Positions 25,221 through 38,083 of a stretch of DNA of 64,000 nucleotides are shown here, in pieces; position 1 is the stretch's first letter; each line of letters starts with the position of its first letter. Made by a program: the position numbers and the translations under genes. The notes under the pieces were generated by a model. It made no database searches and was not told the origin of the DNA. It saw only the letters and a list, made by a program, of their open reading frames with translations. Source of the DNA: Anthoceros angustus (lineage: Eukaryota > Plantae > Anthocerotophyta); assembly GCA_010909165.1 (NCBI GenBank), contig MU008155.1, forward strand, positions 2,356,001 to 2,420,000, given 5' to 3'.

Positions 25221-27286
25221 TCAATCGTCGGGTAGTAGATAATCCGCTATTTGAGACCTGCACACCACCTAAATGATCTGAGAAGATGCACCAACGCACC
25301 GTAATTAAACAATCGAAACATCATGTATGGTTACCTCATCCAGCTTTGGTGTGCGGGTGATAAACGGTCCTGTTGCCTGAGAGCGGGTGGAAGCAGATTG
25401 AACGTGGTGACAGGGTCATCTTCCGGGAGAAGCTGAAATTGGCAGCTTGGGCAACAACTACTCCTGAACTCAAGAGTAACCAAATCTTGACGTTGAAAAT
25501 TCGGCTTCTCGAAAAACACTTGTGTACCAGGGTCCTGGGACACTGAAGCGACTCTACCACCTGAGGGATCTCTGCAATCAAGGGGAGCAGAACACAGTGG
25601 GCAAAGAACACTGCTCTCTAGAACTTCGGGGACCTCATTGTCGGCACTCTCCTGTCTAGGAGAATGCCGCTTTCTTCCAGTCTGCTTCAAAGAATTGCTA
25701 CATATCCTATTAAAAGCAAATGGTTTGAGTTTGGTCGCAGTTCGAACAACGGTACGCTCCCTTGCAGGGTTGTCCGTCTACAAGCAATGAAGACAATACA
25801 GAAAACCCTTTCAGCGTTTGAGGCATCGGCATATCACAGTCCTTTGCATTTCCCGTCATTTAGTGATGAAGACACGACACGCCAGTGCAGTAATTCACAA
25901 GACAAGCGGGCATGTCACTTCACCTGAAGCATGGTGACAAAGGAGTGAGCCAAGCTATTGATGCTCTTCCTGTCCGTAAGGGTTGACAGCTTCCTAATAA
26001 AAACAGTCTTCAATCTGCAAAATTTCAACCAGCTACATTGCTCGATTATCTCACAACAATATCGTACTTGGAAGACGCAACAGTAGTCAATAATCTGAGA
26101 AGAAGGTGCCACAAGTGGGGACATGAAATGCAAGCCTACGACAAGATCACTTTCCCAGCGAAAAACGTCACATACTTGGCTAAGTGACAGTAGAGGGTGA
26201 GCTCCCGAGAAACACAATCGCGCAGCGGCAGAACAATAGGGACATGAAACCTAGCATCAGCATACTGAATATCCGCAGGTAACGAGAACCCTCGACCCTG
26301 CAGCAATGCATCCATCAGCACAACCTGGGTACTACACACATTCTGCAAGTCCACAGGACAGCATCAACCACACACCTTGGCAGTCGAGGCAATCACGTGC
26401 GCTGCAATTCTGGACGTGCACAACCCCAACAATATCTTCGTGTAACCGAGTGTGCGCGCAATCTGTATCAGCCATACCCAAACCGCAGTGCAGCCACTAA
26501 GTTCTCTTTCCCCTTGGCAGCCGCGAGTGCTATAAATGCAGCAAATGCGGATACCTTCTGCAAAACCAGGACCCGGAGATAGTCCTGCAAATCCTCCTTC
26601 CCAGTGACATCCTTCACACTCCCCAGCAATTCAAGCAGCAGCCGGTCCGAGCTCCTGACTTCCCCACCACAAACTCCAATCCTCTCGCATCCCTCTGCCC
26701 CTTCCATCACACTCCCCAACGGCTCAACATGGAGCGGCACGAGCTCCCTAGCACTGGCCACCGCTGCCCGAATCTCACCCACACACCGGGCAGCTTCAGC
26801 TGCCGAAACGCCCAACACCGCCGACTCGTCAACAAACCCAACCCCAACACCAAACACCAGCTCCACCTGCTCCTTACACGCCCCATCGCTCCGAACCTTA
26901 TCTCTGACCTCCAGCAGAAACTCCAACGCGGCCCTGCACACCCCCAAACGAACAACCATCACCCTCCACACGTCCCTTCCTCCCAACACCAAATCCCAAA
27001 CATCGCCCCACCCAAACCCTCACCTGGACGCCGGCCCTCCCGAAAACCCAACCAGCACCCTGTCCTCCGCAGTGACAAGCCCATTCCCGTTCACCGCGGT
27101 CTTGAACCTGGACAGCAAGCTGTGCCGCAAACAAGCAAAACACAAAGCCTCCGTCTGGTTAGCCACCGCCACGGCTCTCACCTCCTTGCACTTCACGCAC
27201 TCCCGCCCTGGTGCCCTCCGAACCCCATCCCCCACGTCACCCCCGCAGCTTCCACACCCATTCCGATCCCCCACCACCGACCCCAT
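25221..27286 (-). CDS. CTU2: Cytoplasmic tRNA 2-thiolation protein 2; multi-exon
   Basis: N-terminal CVKCK...CFAC; RFKTAV; DRVLVGFSGGPASR; VGFVDES; TGKEDLQDYLR; IVLPLRDC; SINSLAHSFVTMLQ; LCPLCSAPL; CCPSCQFQ; last exon SQIADYLLPDD*. Confidence 0.9.
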
Positions 27287-28032
27287 CCATGGCCCGCAAC
27301 CAGCTGCCCGCCCACCGACCCCTCACGTCGTCACGCTCCCAAACCCTAACCCTACCCTAATTCCGATCCCAGCACCCCACATGGCACGAGCCCAGGTTAG
27401 AAACCAGCCCCGAGATCCTTTCTTCCCGCAACGCTCGGCCCGCAATGTCACATGCCACAATTGCTCACTTTCCTGCTTGCTCTCGGACGAATCCGAACGT
27501 ACTGTAGAGTACAGCGCTTTCAAATCGGGAGCATGTGTTGCAGGCTTTTGTAACAGGGCCGAGCAGCCCAAGTTTGAATGTCCTCGGGGCCCGCCCGCGC
27601 CAGCGGCAGCGGCAGCGGCAGCGGCAGCGACACGGAAACGCGGCCTGGGGCCTAGGGCCTGGGGCCTGGGCTCTACCGTACGGATTTTTGAGTCGTGCGA
27701 GACGCAGGAGTTCCGTTGCCGAAGAGGAAGGAGGGGGGGAAGACGTGCTGCCCCTAGGCCCTCGGGCCTGCGGTCATCCAGATCCAGATTCACCCGCTCC
27801 CAGTCGTGAAACGTTTCATAATGCCGCTGCATGGCATGGGATGCTCTGGCGCCCGGGCCCACCGCGCCAATCATGCCGCAGTCGCACGCTGCTTTTCCGA
27901 ACCCTACTCGCCCAGCCGGCCCGACCGCTGCGTTGCGTTTCGACTTTTGGCAAATGCGCGGGAGACGCTTCGGAACGTAGGCCTGCCCTCCTTCCTTGTC
28001 GCCACGTTTTTTGTCGTCCCGCCAACGATGGA

Positions 28033-28070
28033 AGTCGCGAATTCGCGAATTCGCGAATTAATTCGCGACT
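28033..28070. promoter_or_regulatory. Palindromic TCGCGA cluster in the divergent intergenic region
   Basis: AGTCGCGAATTCGCGAATTCGCGAATTAATTCGCGACT contains four TCGCGA and a perfect 18-bp palindrome (28051-28068). Regulatory role is inferred. Confidence 0.35.
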
Positions 28071-30248
28071 CGCGCGCACATTGGTAATCCGTAAAGGCGA
28101 ATTCCAGGAACCTGAAGAAGGCGAAGAAAGGAAAGGAAAGGAAACGCAGGGCGGGACGCGGGCGAGGCCTGCTCTAACGGTCACCAAACGGGGGGCCCTC
28201 CGCCTCCGCCTCCGCCTCCGCCTGCCCCGCCGCGCCTATAAGACCCGCCTGCTTTCCCCTTGTCTGATTTTACGCACTGCGCCGGATGCCCGGTTGCCTG
28301 CGAGACGTCTCGTCCAATTCATTCCACCGCGGAGCGCAGCAGCAGGCAGGGCGAGCGGCGCTGCGCCTCATTCCCGTGCGCGCTGCTGCTGCGGGAGCGG
28401 GAGCGGGCCGCTGTGCCTGCAATTCGATCTCGGATTTCGAATGCGGCCATGGCCGGTGCGGCAGCGGCAGCGGCAGCGGCGTGGTCGGGGAGCGGCGGGA
28501 TCGTGGGATGCGCCGCCCCGGGGGAGCGCCAGGTGGTGGCTTGATGGAACGTCTCGAGGTGAGGAAGGACGAGTTGAAGCCGCTCTTTGTATTGTGTTTT
28601 GCATTTCAGGCAGGTTTTTGAAGGTCTTCCGAATTTGGAAGAGTCGGTTTCTTGTTGTTCTTGGCTTCGTCCTCCGTGTGCGTGCTTCTTGCGGCTGCCG
28701 GACTCGGTTCAGGTCTGGATTCGTGCCCCTGGAGGCCGGAATGATTGGGATTCTGGTCTTCCATTGTCCGCCTGTGGCTCTTGTCCAGCTCCGTCGGCAG
28801 GCTGCTTCGCTGCGGTTTTGTGTGACGGCTGGTGCTTGGAGTGGCGGGGTATGGCAGTTAGCAGTGCTGTAGGGATGGCTGCCTGCGCATTACGTTCCCC
28901 TGTCCTGAGCTTTCCTGCCCGGATGCGGGCGGGGGCTCTAGCTTGAATTGTTGGTAAGTTTTGCTGAGCTTGGTTGGATTGGTTTTAGGCGCCTTCGCTT
29001 GCCGCATGGAAGTGGAACTGTAGCTGCTGGTAGCCTCGCTTATTTCGCTAGGCAGGCTCAGGAAGTTTCTATGTATGGAGGAAGGGGATTCCAACCTGTT
29101 GCGTTTTTGTTGATCTGGCATGTCAGCACGCCTTCCTCGTTGAGGTACCCGCGTTTGAATGTATGCACCTGTGGTCAAGTCTATTTTGGGCAAGTGTTTG
29201 GACTCGGTGTCATATACTTGATGCCAACTTTGGGTCATCGATAATGGACCCTTTGAGGATGTAAATGCGATGCCCTGCTGAAACATCTTGCCTGCTGTTC
29301 CTTGTCACTGTTTTCACAGCATATGGTCCGGTCTGCGAAAAGGTTGCACCTGATGTCAAGCTTACCTTATGGCAATTTTCGTTGGTTGAAGGATGGAATG
29401 TAATGCCGAGAGGAACCAACTCTGTGAACAGAAGCACGTCGCGTTGGAAGGGAAGCAGGGGATAGTGGCTGGTGCATATTATCTCGCAATTGGCATCTTC
29501 TGAACTTATTTGGAATGCAACTTAGCTTGATCATTTGATGGAATGCTCCTAGCCGTGTCAACAAGGACTACCTCTTGGTGGGTGTAGACACTTTGTCCAC
29601 AAGCCTATTATAGCCTGTGGAAAGGATCAGGCATTAAGGTCGCTTAAGCACCAGTTGTGCTCGTCGGGAACACTGTAGGTTGTGGGTGGGAACCCATCGC
29701 TCCTGCCTCTTGTGCTCTATATTGGGGATGACAACTGCTGTGGAGCCAGTGGCTACTGAATTATCTGTGGGCACTTTCAGTAGTCAACGAGATGCCCTTA
29801 GTGGGCAGGCTCACACTTCTCACTCACTCTGGAATGATAACCTCTCAATACGTAATGGCAAGTCAACGTCCTTGTCGAGTTCAGAGGCAGGTGTGTCTTG
29901 ATTTTCAACTGTCTTCAACTGCATAACTGTGCTTTGTTATGTTGGAATGTGTCTTCAGCAGTGTCCCATGCTTTTCGTTGCAACATGTCGGACGCTTGAT
30001 AGCTTCGAAAGGCTGCATGTCTTATTTGAGCAAAGTTTGTCCTGTCGACTCTTTCTCCCTATGTCGTGGACTACGGGAATTGATTTAACGTCATGGCCTG
30101 TGCACCGCATCTGACTGAGTGATCCTTCGCTCACTCGTGCTCTGTGGCACTCATCCTTGCTTACTGTTTTGTCGCTTATCCAGTGAAGTTGGAGCCTGGA
30201 TTTGAACCAACTTCACAGTCGAAAGAGTCATTGATTTTACCTCACTGG

Positions 30249-32655
30249 ATGGACTCTTATCAAGTAAGTAATCTGATGTCTAGAGAATCTGCAGCCCTGT
30301 CATGTCAGTCTTGAAGCCTTTTGTCCTGTTAACAGCTCTTCTTGTCATCGCAGAATCCTAATCGATCGAAGGAGAAGGGAAGCAGGATTGAGTTTATTCC
30401 TGAGTTGGGACCTTCCACTCCTCTGCAGCCTACCCCAAAGCAGCCACAAAGTGTTGAAACACCGTTGGACAGCTCAGGTCCCTTGAGCGGCCCTACACCT
30501 CAAGGGAAAAGAACGCCGCTCCCTTTGGAGTTTGTTGAGGAACCCACAGGGTTGAAGCAGGTTCAGGTGCAGCAGCTTTCATGCAGCCCGTCAAAGCTTT
30601 TTCAGGCTCCGGAGGCTAGTCAAAAGGAAAATATGCTGGCATTCTCTTTGTGCAGTCATCAGACACCTCAAGTTGGAGCTCACCGGTTGCAACCTCAGAA
30701 GGGCCTTTCACCACAGCCCCGCCCTCGTGTGGGTCAGCCTCCATCAACTCGGGCACTGGCCACTCTAGCAGCACCGAAAATGACTATATCAGCGGAAGAT
30801 TTGCAGCTGCAGCAGCCCTTTAAAGGCTTGCTGCAGTCAGCCAACATTCAACCGTCGTTTCTCTACAGTGGACCTCAGGCCTATGCTGCAGAACCATCCA
30901 AGCGTCCTAAAGGTACTGGCATCATATCTTCAGCTACAGGGAATAGCCGTGTCCAGCTTGATCTATTTAAGTCTCCTACTCCAGCAGGACACGGGTATGA
31001 GGCCTCGGCTGCCGTTTCATTTGTGCCAGTACAGCAACAAGGAAGTTCCATTCCAAGAACTTCGGCTGTTGATGTTATGTCAGATGGTGGTTCCCGTGGA
31101 AGTGCTCGACACTTGCGTGAGGATCCTGCTGTCGAATCTGATAAGTGGCTGCGCAATAGAGTGCTATCGAACGCAACTGCTTCGACGTGGCAACATCTGT
31201 ACCATCCCCCTTCTTCACAGGCAGGGTTGAAGCAGCTAGAGCTTTGTACTCCTGGCCCGTCGTCGCAAATCTCCTTATCGCCAGGTATGGTGCCTGCTCC
31301 TCCGATCCCAGCGGAATGTGGATTATACATGCAACTGCTCACCGCATCGCCTGTCAAGGATTCAAGGCAGCCCAGGATGCTACACGACACGGATAGGGTA
31401 GAGTCAAGTAATCCATCCATGAAGAGGAAATTGGCAGGTCCAGGCAGAGACCCACGGAGTCAGCAATCCAACTGTCATGACTCGCCACATCCGCAGGAGC
31501 AGCACTTTCTAGGCAGAGTGGATGCTGGATTTGGAATTGCTGGAGACCTATCCCGGTATTCTAGTACTGTCGGTGGGGCTAACGAGAGGGACCAATACTG
31601 CGCATCTGCTGTTGCTACTTGCGCGGTTGACGCACAGTCACCATACTCCTCTCGCAAGCTTGATGCAGCGAGGGAGCATATTTTTTTCCCTGCTGGGAAA
31701 CTCACACAACTGGGCTCTCTCAAGGGTATGGAGGGCAATTTGAACAGACAACAGGACCATCTGCAGTTTGCCTCGCCCACGAGGGATTATGGTCAAAAGT
31801 CTGCCTCCGGGATGGAGCGTATTTCTTCAGAATGTGCAGCTGGTGCCAACGACACTTTGAACAACTGTCAGTTCAGCGCAAGACCTACGAGGGATCGAAA
31901 TTCAGACATACCTCTGAGGACTGGAAAGTGTTTTGCGGTTCCAGCACATTCTCCTATGCCAGTTCCAGACATCTCTTTTTCCGCAGGTGAACCGTCCTTG
32001 CCATTGGCCTTGAACTTTACTCCAAGTAGTTCCCAGAGCAGCAAGGTGGAAAGGAGGATGAGCTCTGTGAAACCCGACTTAGACTGGGGCAAGTCGCTTG
32101 CTCTGGCATCCAGTCCTGCGACCTTCAAGAAGAACCTGCAGGATCTCCCCTATCAAGAACGGTTTGCTGAACTCCAGAGGCATCTTAGAGAGTGTGATGA
32201 ATCAAGTCAGGAAAGCCTATTACAAGGTACGCATTATTTTTTTGCTCCACGGCTATGTTTGTCAGGGTTTCTGTTGTCGCTTGCAGGTTGTACCCCATGG
32301 TTTGACAAGCGTACTTGGTATGGCGGTGCAGTGTTTCGATCGATGTCAGCAGCTGGCAGAAGTGGTCACGCTCTACATCTGGAAACGAGGGCTCTTTTTT
32401 TAAGCCTTGAAGAAGGTATGCCTGTCTTCGTTGCCTCTGTGTCTCGAGAGAGGAAAAGCGGCTCTTCCTTCCTTACTTTAGTCCCGTTCACTATCTGAAG
32501 CACTCCTCTTTCATCCAGGCAAGGAAATGGATAAGATCAAGTCTATGGATCTCATGGGACTCCGAAGTGGATGCAACAGTAAGGACTCGGGCGATCTCGG
32601 TCGTACCCCTCTTGGTCCTCGATTGCCAGCCCCTGGAAACACCGCTGCAAGTTGA
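30249..32655 (+). CDS. Uncharacterised, largely disordered protein with a conserved-looking plant C-terminal helical domain; start uncertain
   Basis: Long exon (ORF 30342-), then YQERFAELQRHLRECDESSQESLLQ | RSMSAAGRSGHALHLETRALFLSLEE | KEMDKIKSMDLMG...TAAS* joined by GT-AG introns. Resembles the plant W/YxERFxxLQ...LRSLS...LSLEEG motif, recalled from memory. Confidence 0.7.
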
Positions 32656-33224
32656 ACCGCCGCTGCGGCATGCCGGAATCGCTAACCACCCATAGGTCTA
32701 GCAGGGTCCGGCTTTGCGGCCTATCGTTCTGAGCTTGCTTTGTAATTTACTATCCTCATGGAAGGAACTGCACCGAAGGTGTTGGGTTCCTAGCCACCCG
32801 GACTCGATGATGGCTGGATCACCTCGCTCCTCTCTGTTCTGGATCCTGCGAACCGTAGTGAAGCAGAAGCTTGTGAGTTCCCAGACCGAGCCCCAGCTTC
32901 TTGCAATTGGCGCTGGCCTAGAAGCTTTCGTCCTCATCACTGAGGTACATTCAGCCATGTTTACCGCCGGGCAGAACCCCATCTTTGATAGTCTTCAACC
33001 TCACCTCACCTTTCATGGAAGACGCAGTCATGCACCGGCAGAATAACAGCAAGTTTCCAGGAAGATGTCCGCTTTGGCGAGTGTAAATCTGGCGATCTTC
33101 GGCACAATCCTCGTCTTTGACAAATCCCTTATTTCTCACTGTCGTGGAAGAACTAAGTAAAACTCCCCGACCGTGGACAATGGACTCACTCATGTTAGAG
33201 AAACAAGACAACATGAAGTTCCCT

Positions 33225-34752
33225 CTATTCCCTGTAATCGTCGTTCCATCCTAACTCCTCTGGTTTCATCCGTTCGGACACAAGCTTGAGGCGGTTGTCG
33301 ATTGGCTCAGTCTCCGCCTGGGCCTTTTCCAGATTGCGCCTTCGGGTGTAAGATCCCAAACAACCATTCACTACTCGGGGAGCGACACCGTCACAGTACC
33401 GCTTTGTCAACTCCACAGCCTGCCATATCCACCTCATAGATGTTCAATACACCCGGCACTTCCCTTCTCAATAGGACCTCAACAGGAAGAAAAGGTCAGA
33501 ACGAGTACCTCGTTGACAACCACGCTTGGGCTTGTTGGGAAGACTTCCAGCTCTGCAAGGGCTAAATGCAGTATACAGATGGGCAGTGCAACGGACTTGT
33601 ACTCAGTCTGAAACATGAATAAGAACGACAGGAAAAGCGGAACGAACGTCACCGGCATGTCGTCGAAACACTGATGGGCTTGACCCAAGAGAGACCACAA
33701 AGGTGGAAATAAGGCGCTACCTTCCACATCACAGGAATAAGCTCGGATAATATGGACTCCCGTTGACGCCATTGGCTTGCTGCAGCTTCAATGAGTTGCT
33801 TAGCCAAACTGCCGGTGTTCCAATATCACGTCAGTTACCATTTAAATTACACACAAGCTGCAGGAGAAGCTCGGGACTGCCAGAAGAGAACTCTGATCAG
33901 AATTACCCGAGCACAAACTTGTTGTAAACAATTTGAACAGGGGCTGAAAGTACCTCAGCTTCTGCACGGGACAGAAATGGCAATCCGTGACAGAAGTTAG
34001 CGAGCAAATTATGAATTCAGCTCACTACCGCAACCCCAGATTTCAGCCTGTGTACTGCAATCGGACAGTTACCTCTATTCGATTCCTGCTCTTGCTCTTC
34101 TTCTAAAGCAGCAAAGGCCTCCTCATTGAGTGCAGGTTCATTATTCGCAAAATCTGCGGGGCTGTGGCTGAAAGTTTCCAGCAGACTCTTGTCAAAGGAG
34201 CCACGGACAGCTGCAGCTCCCAGAATCACACACCAATGTCAATCAGAAGAACACCGGCAAACCACAAACAAATGCCTGCTACCCACAGCACTGAAGGCCT
34301 AACTTGCAGCCACGATCCACAACAGCACGCACAATAGTTCTCACCTAGACGCTGATGCAGACGCTCGTCAAACACCTGCAACGGGTGATCGCCAGAAACC
34401 AACGCTGCATACAACACAGATCTGCAAAAGGGTTCATCTCACCTCACATCCAACATCCGCGCACAAACAGGATGCCAAAGAGGTGAAAGTCTCACAAGGC
34501 AAGCTCCCGAGCAGCTCGAGGACTGCGCAAATGGCCCTTCCTATCCAGCTTATCGGAGACAGGGATCTCTTTGGAAGGAGGCGGCGGTTTTAGATACAAC
34601 CGCTCCTTGGGAGGAGGCGGCGTTACGTAAAATCGTCGCTTCTCCTTCTTGCCGACACTGGAGCTCTTGTACTTGGTGCTAGGCCCAGCATCATTGACCA
34701 CCGCAGCCGCCGAAAGCCTGCCTGACGCCCATGGGGCTTTCAGGCATAGCAT
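33225..34752 (-). CDS. NusB-domain (antitermination) protein, probably plastid-targeted; multi-exon
   Basis: RSPRAARELAL; YAALVSGDHPLQVFDERL; CILHLALAELE...VVVNE | AVELTKRYCDGVAPRVVNGCLGSY. Confidence 0.85.
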
Positions 34753-35737
34753 CGTGTCAGCCTTCACAAACTGAGACCCTAAACCCTTAAATCCAGGACC
34801 CACCGGATTCCCCCTTGCCGCAACGGGGACGTGACGTTCATCACCGCCCGCCTCAGGCTACCGCTGCACCTCCACCATACGGGTTCGAGTTTGAGGGTTT
34901 TCTGTTCTCCCCAGCAGGATGGCACTACATATCGGTTTTATGTTTAGGATTAGAAGGCAAGGGGCGATAACTACTGTCATCAACCTGTCAAACCTTGTCA
35001 ATCCTGTATGACGAGCGGTGGATACTTGAAGTCGGGTAGGTTCTCCGTAAACTTCGTTGCCATGGCGAGCTTGCTTTCATAAGTCGTATTGTCTTCTTGT
35101 CTTATTGCTTTCTTGTTTACAAGCGAAGCAATACAGCGAGACTTCCGTATGTGAACATTTTTTTTTTTCAGTGAATTGGGAGACTTTATAGATAGAAGTC
35201 TCGCACTAGGATTTTGATATGGAGTACTTATAGACACTAACAACGGGCGGCAGGTCCGTAGAGCACTAACATTTGGCAGCCGACTAATATGAGGTTGGTA
35301 TCACGTGGCCCCATACGTGGCCCCATAGGACCATAAAGCTAGCGGCCGACAAACATGAGCTTGGTATCGGATAGCTCCATAGGGCCATGAAGCTGGGGGT
35401 TAGGCATGGGGTTAGCCATTAGGCATGTTAGGTATTTCAAAAGAAAATGGATTTATGACACTGGATCCTACACTTTAGATAAATGGACCTATATCTGAAT
35501 AGACTAACAATAGAATACGCTTAGGTTAATCGTGTGCTGGAACTTTGGATAACGTGCAGCCGTCAGTCAATTAAAGAGTTTATGATGTGTGAAAAATCGA
35601 GCAAGTTAGGAATTATAAAGCCTTGCTCAATATAGTAATGAAACAGGCCTGCAAGGACAGGACAGTTGTCCTTTCACCTCCAACATGTTTTCGCTTTCTC
35701 TTTAGCGGCATGCATTGCGCAGGCTAACAAGCAGTCT

Positions 35738-36002
35738 GAGAAGTCTGCTCATCTCCACTATTGTGTAATGTCTCATGTGAGAAGTCTGCTGATCTCCACT
35801 ATTGTGTAATGTCTCATGCCGTTGAGTGACTGACTTCCAACACCTGCCTATTGCCTTTCGTAACCACGCTTGAATTGGCGTGCCTTGCCTAGACCTGACC
35901 ATTGCTGCCGATACGAAATTGTGAGCCTGCCTATTGTTGCCACTCTTGAATTGGCGTCCTTTGCCTAAACCTGACCATTGCTGCTAATACGAAGCTGTGA
36001 GC
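35738..36002. repeat. Two short tandem duplications (41 bp x2 and ~83 bp x2)
   Basis: gagaagtctgct...tctcatg at 35738 and 35779; cctgcctatt...gtgagc at 35843 and 35926. Confidence 0.8.
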
Positions 36003-36683
36003 TTGTTTTCCTTCTTCAACTTTTCCTCCTCGTCAAACTCCTACTACCAAGCTCTCGTTATTGCAAACTCATTTGCTATCCTGACGTGCTGTACTTATGG
36101 TCAACCATCTACATGTAAACTAATACTTATAGATATAAACTAATATTTACATAAATAATGAATATTACTATTTTCATTTAGATATTATAAACTTAATCAG
36201 ATTGTACTATAATAAATACTAAAATATAATATAGTAACCCTTTACCTATTGAAAAACTTATTTAATAATCTATTAATAAATAAAATCTCAAACTCATCTA
36301 AATATGGGACATGGGGCATGGAACTCGTTTTTTCTATTTGGGCTATATATGTATGTGAGCCCCACCATCTATATTCAAACATGATATATCCAATCTCATT
36401 GTATGATAAAGAATACTATGGGACATAGTGCATGGAACCCATTTTTCCTATTTGGGCTATATATGTATGTGAGCCCCACTATATTCAAACATCATATATC
36501 CAATCTTGATGTATGCTAAAGAATATCATTATCACCCATTCTTTTGAATTTTATTAGAATGTTTAGTTTTCTCATCGGTTCTCTCTTGAGGTTATCATTA
36601 GTTTGATCTTGTAGAGTTACCTATCCATATTCCTTTGGGTTCTTTCTTTATTCTTATTTGCCTTTGGTCCTTTCTAGTCTATT

Positions 36684-38077
36684 ATGGCTAATGATGATGC
36701 TCCCGTTAGCGTTGTACCTTACACATGGGTGGACAGATTCCTAGAATCGGATGCCCACATTGGTTTCTACATTGAAGACGCAAGGAAGCATGAGGATGAG
36801 GCTGGTGACACTCCTTCCTTACCTTGGAACTTCCAAGCTAAAGACCCTTCCGGACCGCTTTCTAAGTATACCTTGCAGCTGGTAGATGTGGTCGATTTGA
36901 TCATGGAAGTCAAGCAAAGAAGACCTCAACCACAGCCTCCCACCATGGCTGATCTAGAAAGGATGATGACAGTGGTGGCGGGCACCACCATCCCTAAGGC
37001 GCAACAAAATAGCGCGAGCAATTTGGGAGTGAAGGCGTCGGATGCGGGCATGGTGATGGAGGAGGTCCGGACCACGAGGTATCACAGTGCATTGGCATTC
37101 TATTCACAAGTCGTATAATGTGTATTTGATGGCACGCTACGTGCCGACTCACGCTCATTGAAGAAGTTCCACGAGTTCATTTGGGGCGATTCGAAAGGAC
37201 ATAGATGCAGATTCGGGACTTGGTGCAAATCAAGTTGTTTTATGTGGCTTCAAGCGTCGAATCGAGTGAAGCTCAACTCAAAGATCCTGCATCCTTAGAG
37301 ACATATCTGATGCAGCAGCGGCCGGATTGGGTGGCCATCACAGTTGGCGAGTAATAGGGTTTGTGAGGATGGAAGTTCAACAAAGCGCAAATTCTTCTCC
37401 GTAGTGCATGCGGAGGCCTTCCACATGGTGTGTATATCGGAGAAGAAGAGATGAAACAAGCTGCCGGATGTGCCAAAAGATGCTCGTAGGAGACCACATA
37501 TGAGGCTTTCGTTTTTGAGAGCAGTCAAGGCCAAATAGGTCAGTCCGGCCAAGTTGTTGAGGTTGAGGGGCACACCATTCTAGCACCAAAACCTACAATT
37601 GTTGGTATAAAAAGAAGCTGGAAAAGCATACGTAAAGGCGATCATAATGGGGTCAGATGATACCAAGGAGCTCAATCATCCCTCACAGTTATTTGGTTGA
37701 GCTTGAGGCTTCACAGTTCCAGTTGGGTAGCTACACACATAGGCCTGAGAAGTGCGCTCGAGGCTGCAGGAAGAAATCCTTGGTTCATCCATCCATCCGG
37801 CTCCGAACCCACAAGAAAGTACTCTAGCGCCTTGAGCTCACAAGAAAGTATTTGAGCGCCTTCAAACTCACGGACCAATACTTTAGTGCCTTCCAACTCA
37901 CGGGATAATAGTCTAGCGCCTTCAAACTCACAGGACCCATACTCTCGCCTTCCAACTTACGAGGATAATACTCTAGCGCCTTCAAACTCATAGAAAAATA
38001 TTCTAGTGCCTTCCAACTCACGGATAATACTCTAGCGCCTTCAAACTCACAGAAAAATATATTTGGCTCCTTCTTAG
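36684..38077 (+). pseudogene. Unknown protein (MANDDAPVSVVPYTW...), frameshifted as assembled, with HAE/CxxC motif and C-terminal decapeptide repeats; copy 1
   Basis: Polypyrimidine tract and ttctag acceptor lie just before the ATG. The frames join when the three copies are compared. Ends in TAG at 38075-38077. Confidence 0.55.
37810..38074 (+). repeat. 30-bp coding-type tandem repeat, about 9 copies (also at ~59572-59833)
   Basis: Unit AATACTCTAGCGCCTTCAAACTCACGGGAT and variants, encoding (N/S)TLAPSNS(Q/R)(D/E/K). Confidence 0.85.
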
Positions 38078-38083
38078 ATCCAT

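Noticed and set aside
24977-25276. DYW deaminase domain after the PPR
   Set aside because: I did not find HSE/CxxCH/DYW-type motifs downstream of the E domain.
26604-27809. 401-aa plus-strand ORF
   Set aside because: It is the antisense shadow of the GC-rich first exons of CTU2, with low-complexity S/T/P composition.
27535-28872. 445-aa plus-strand ORF
   Set aside because: It spans a GC-rich promoter with microsatellites (RQRQRQ, RLRLRL) and has no domain.
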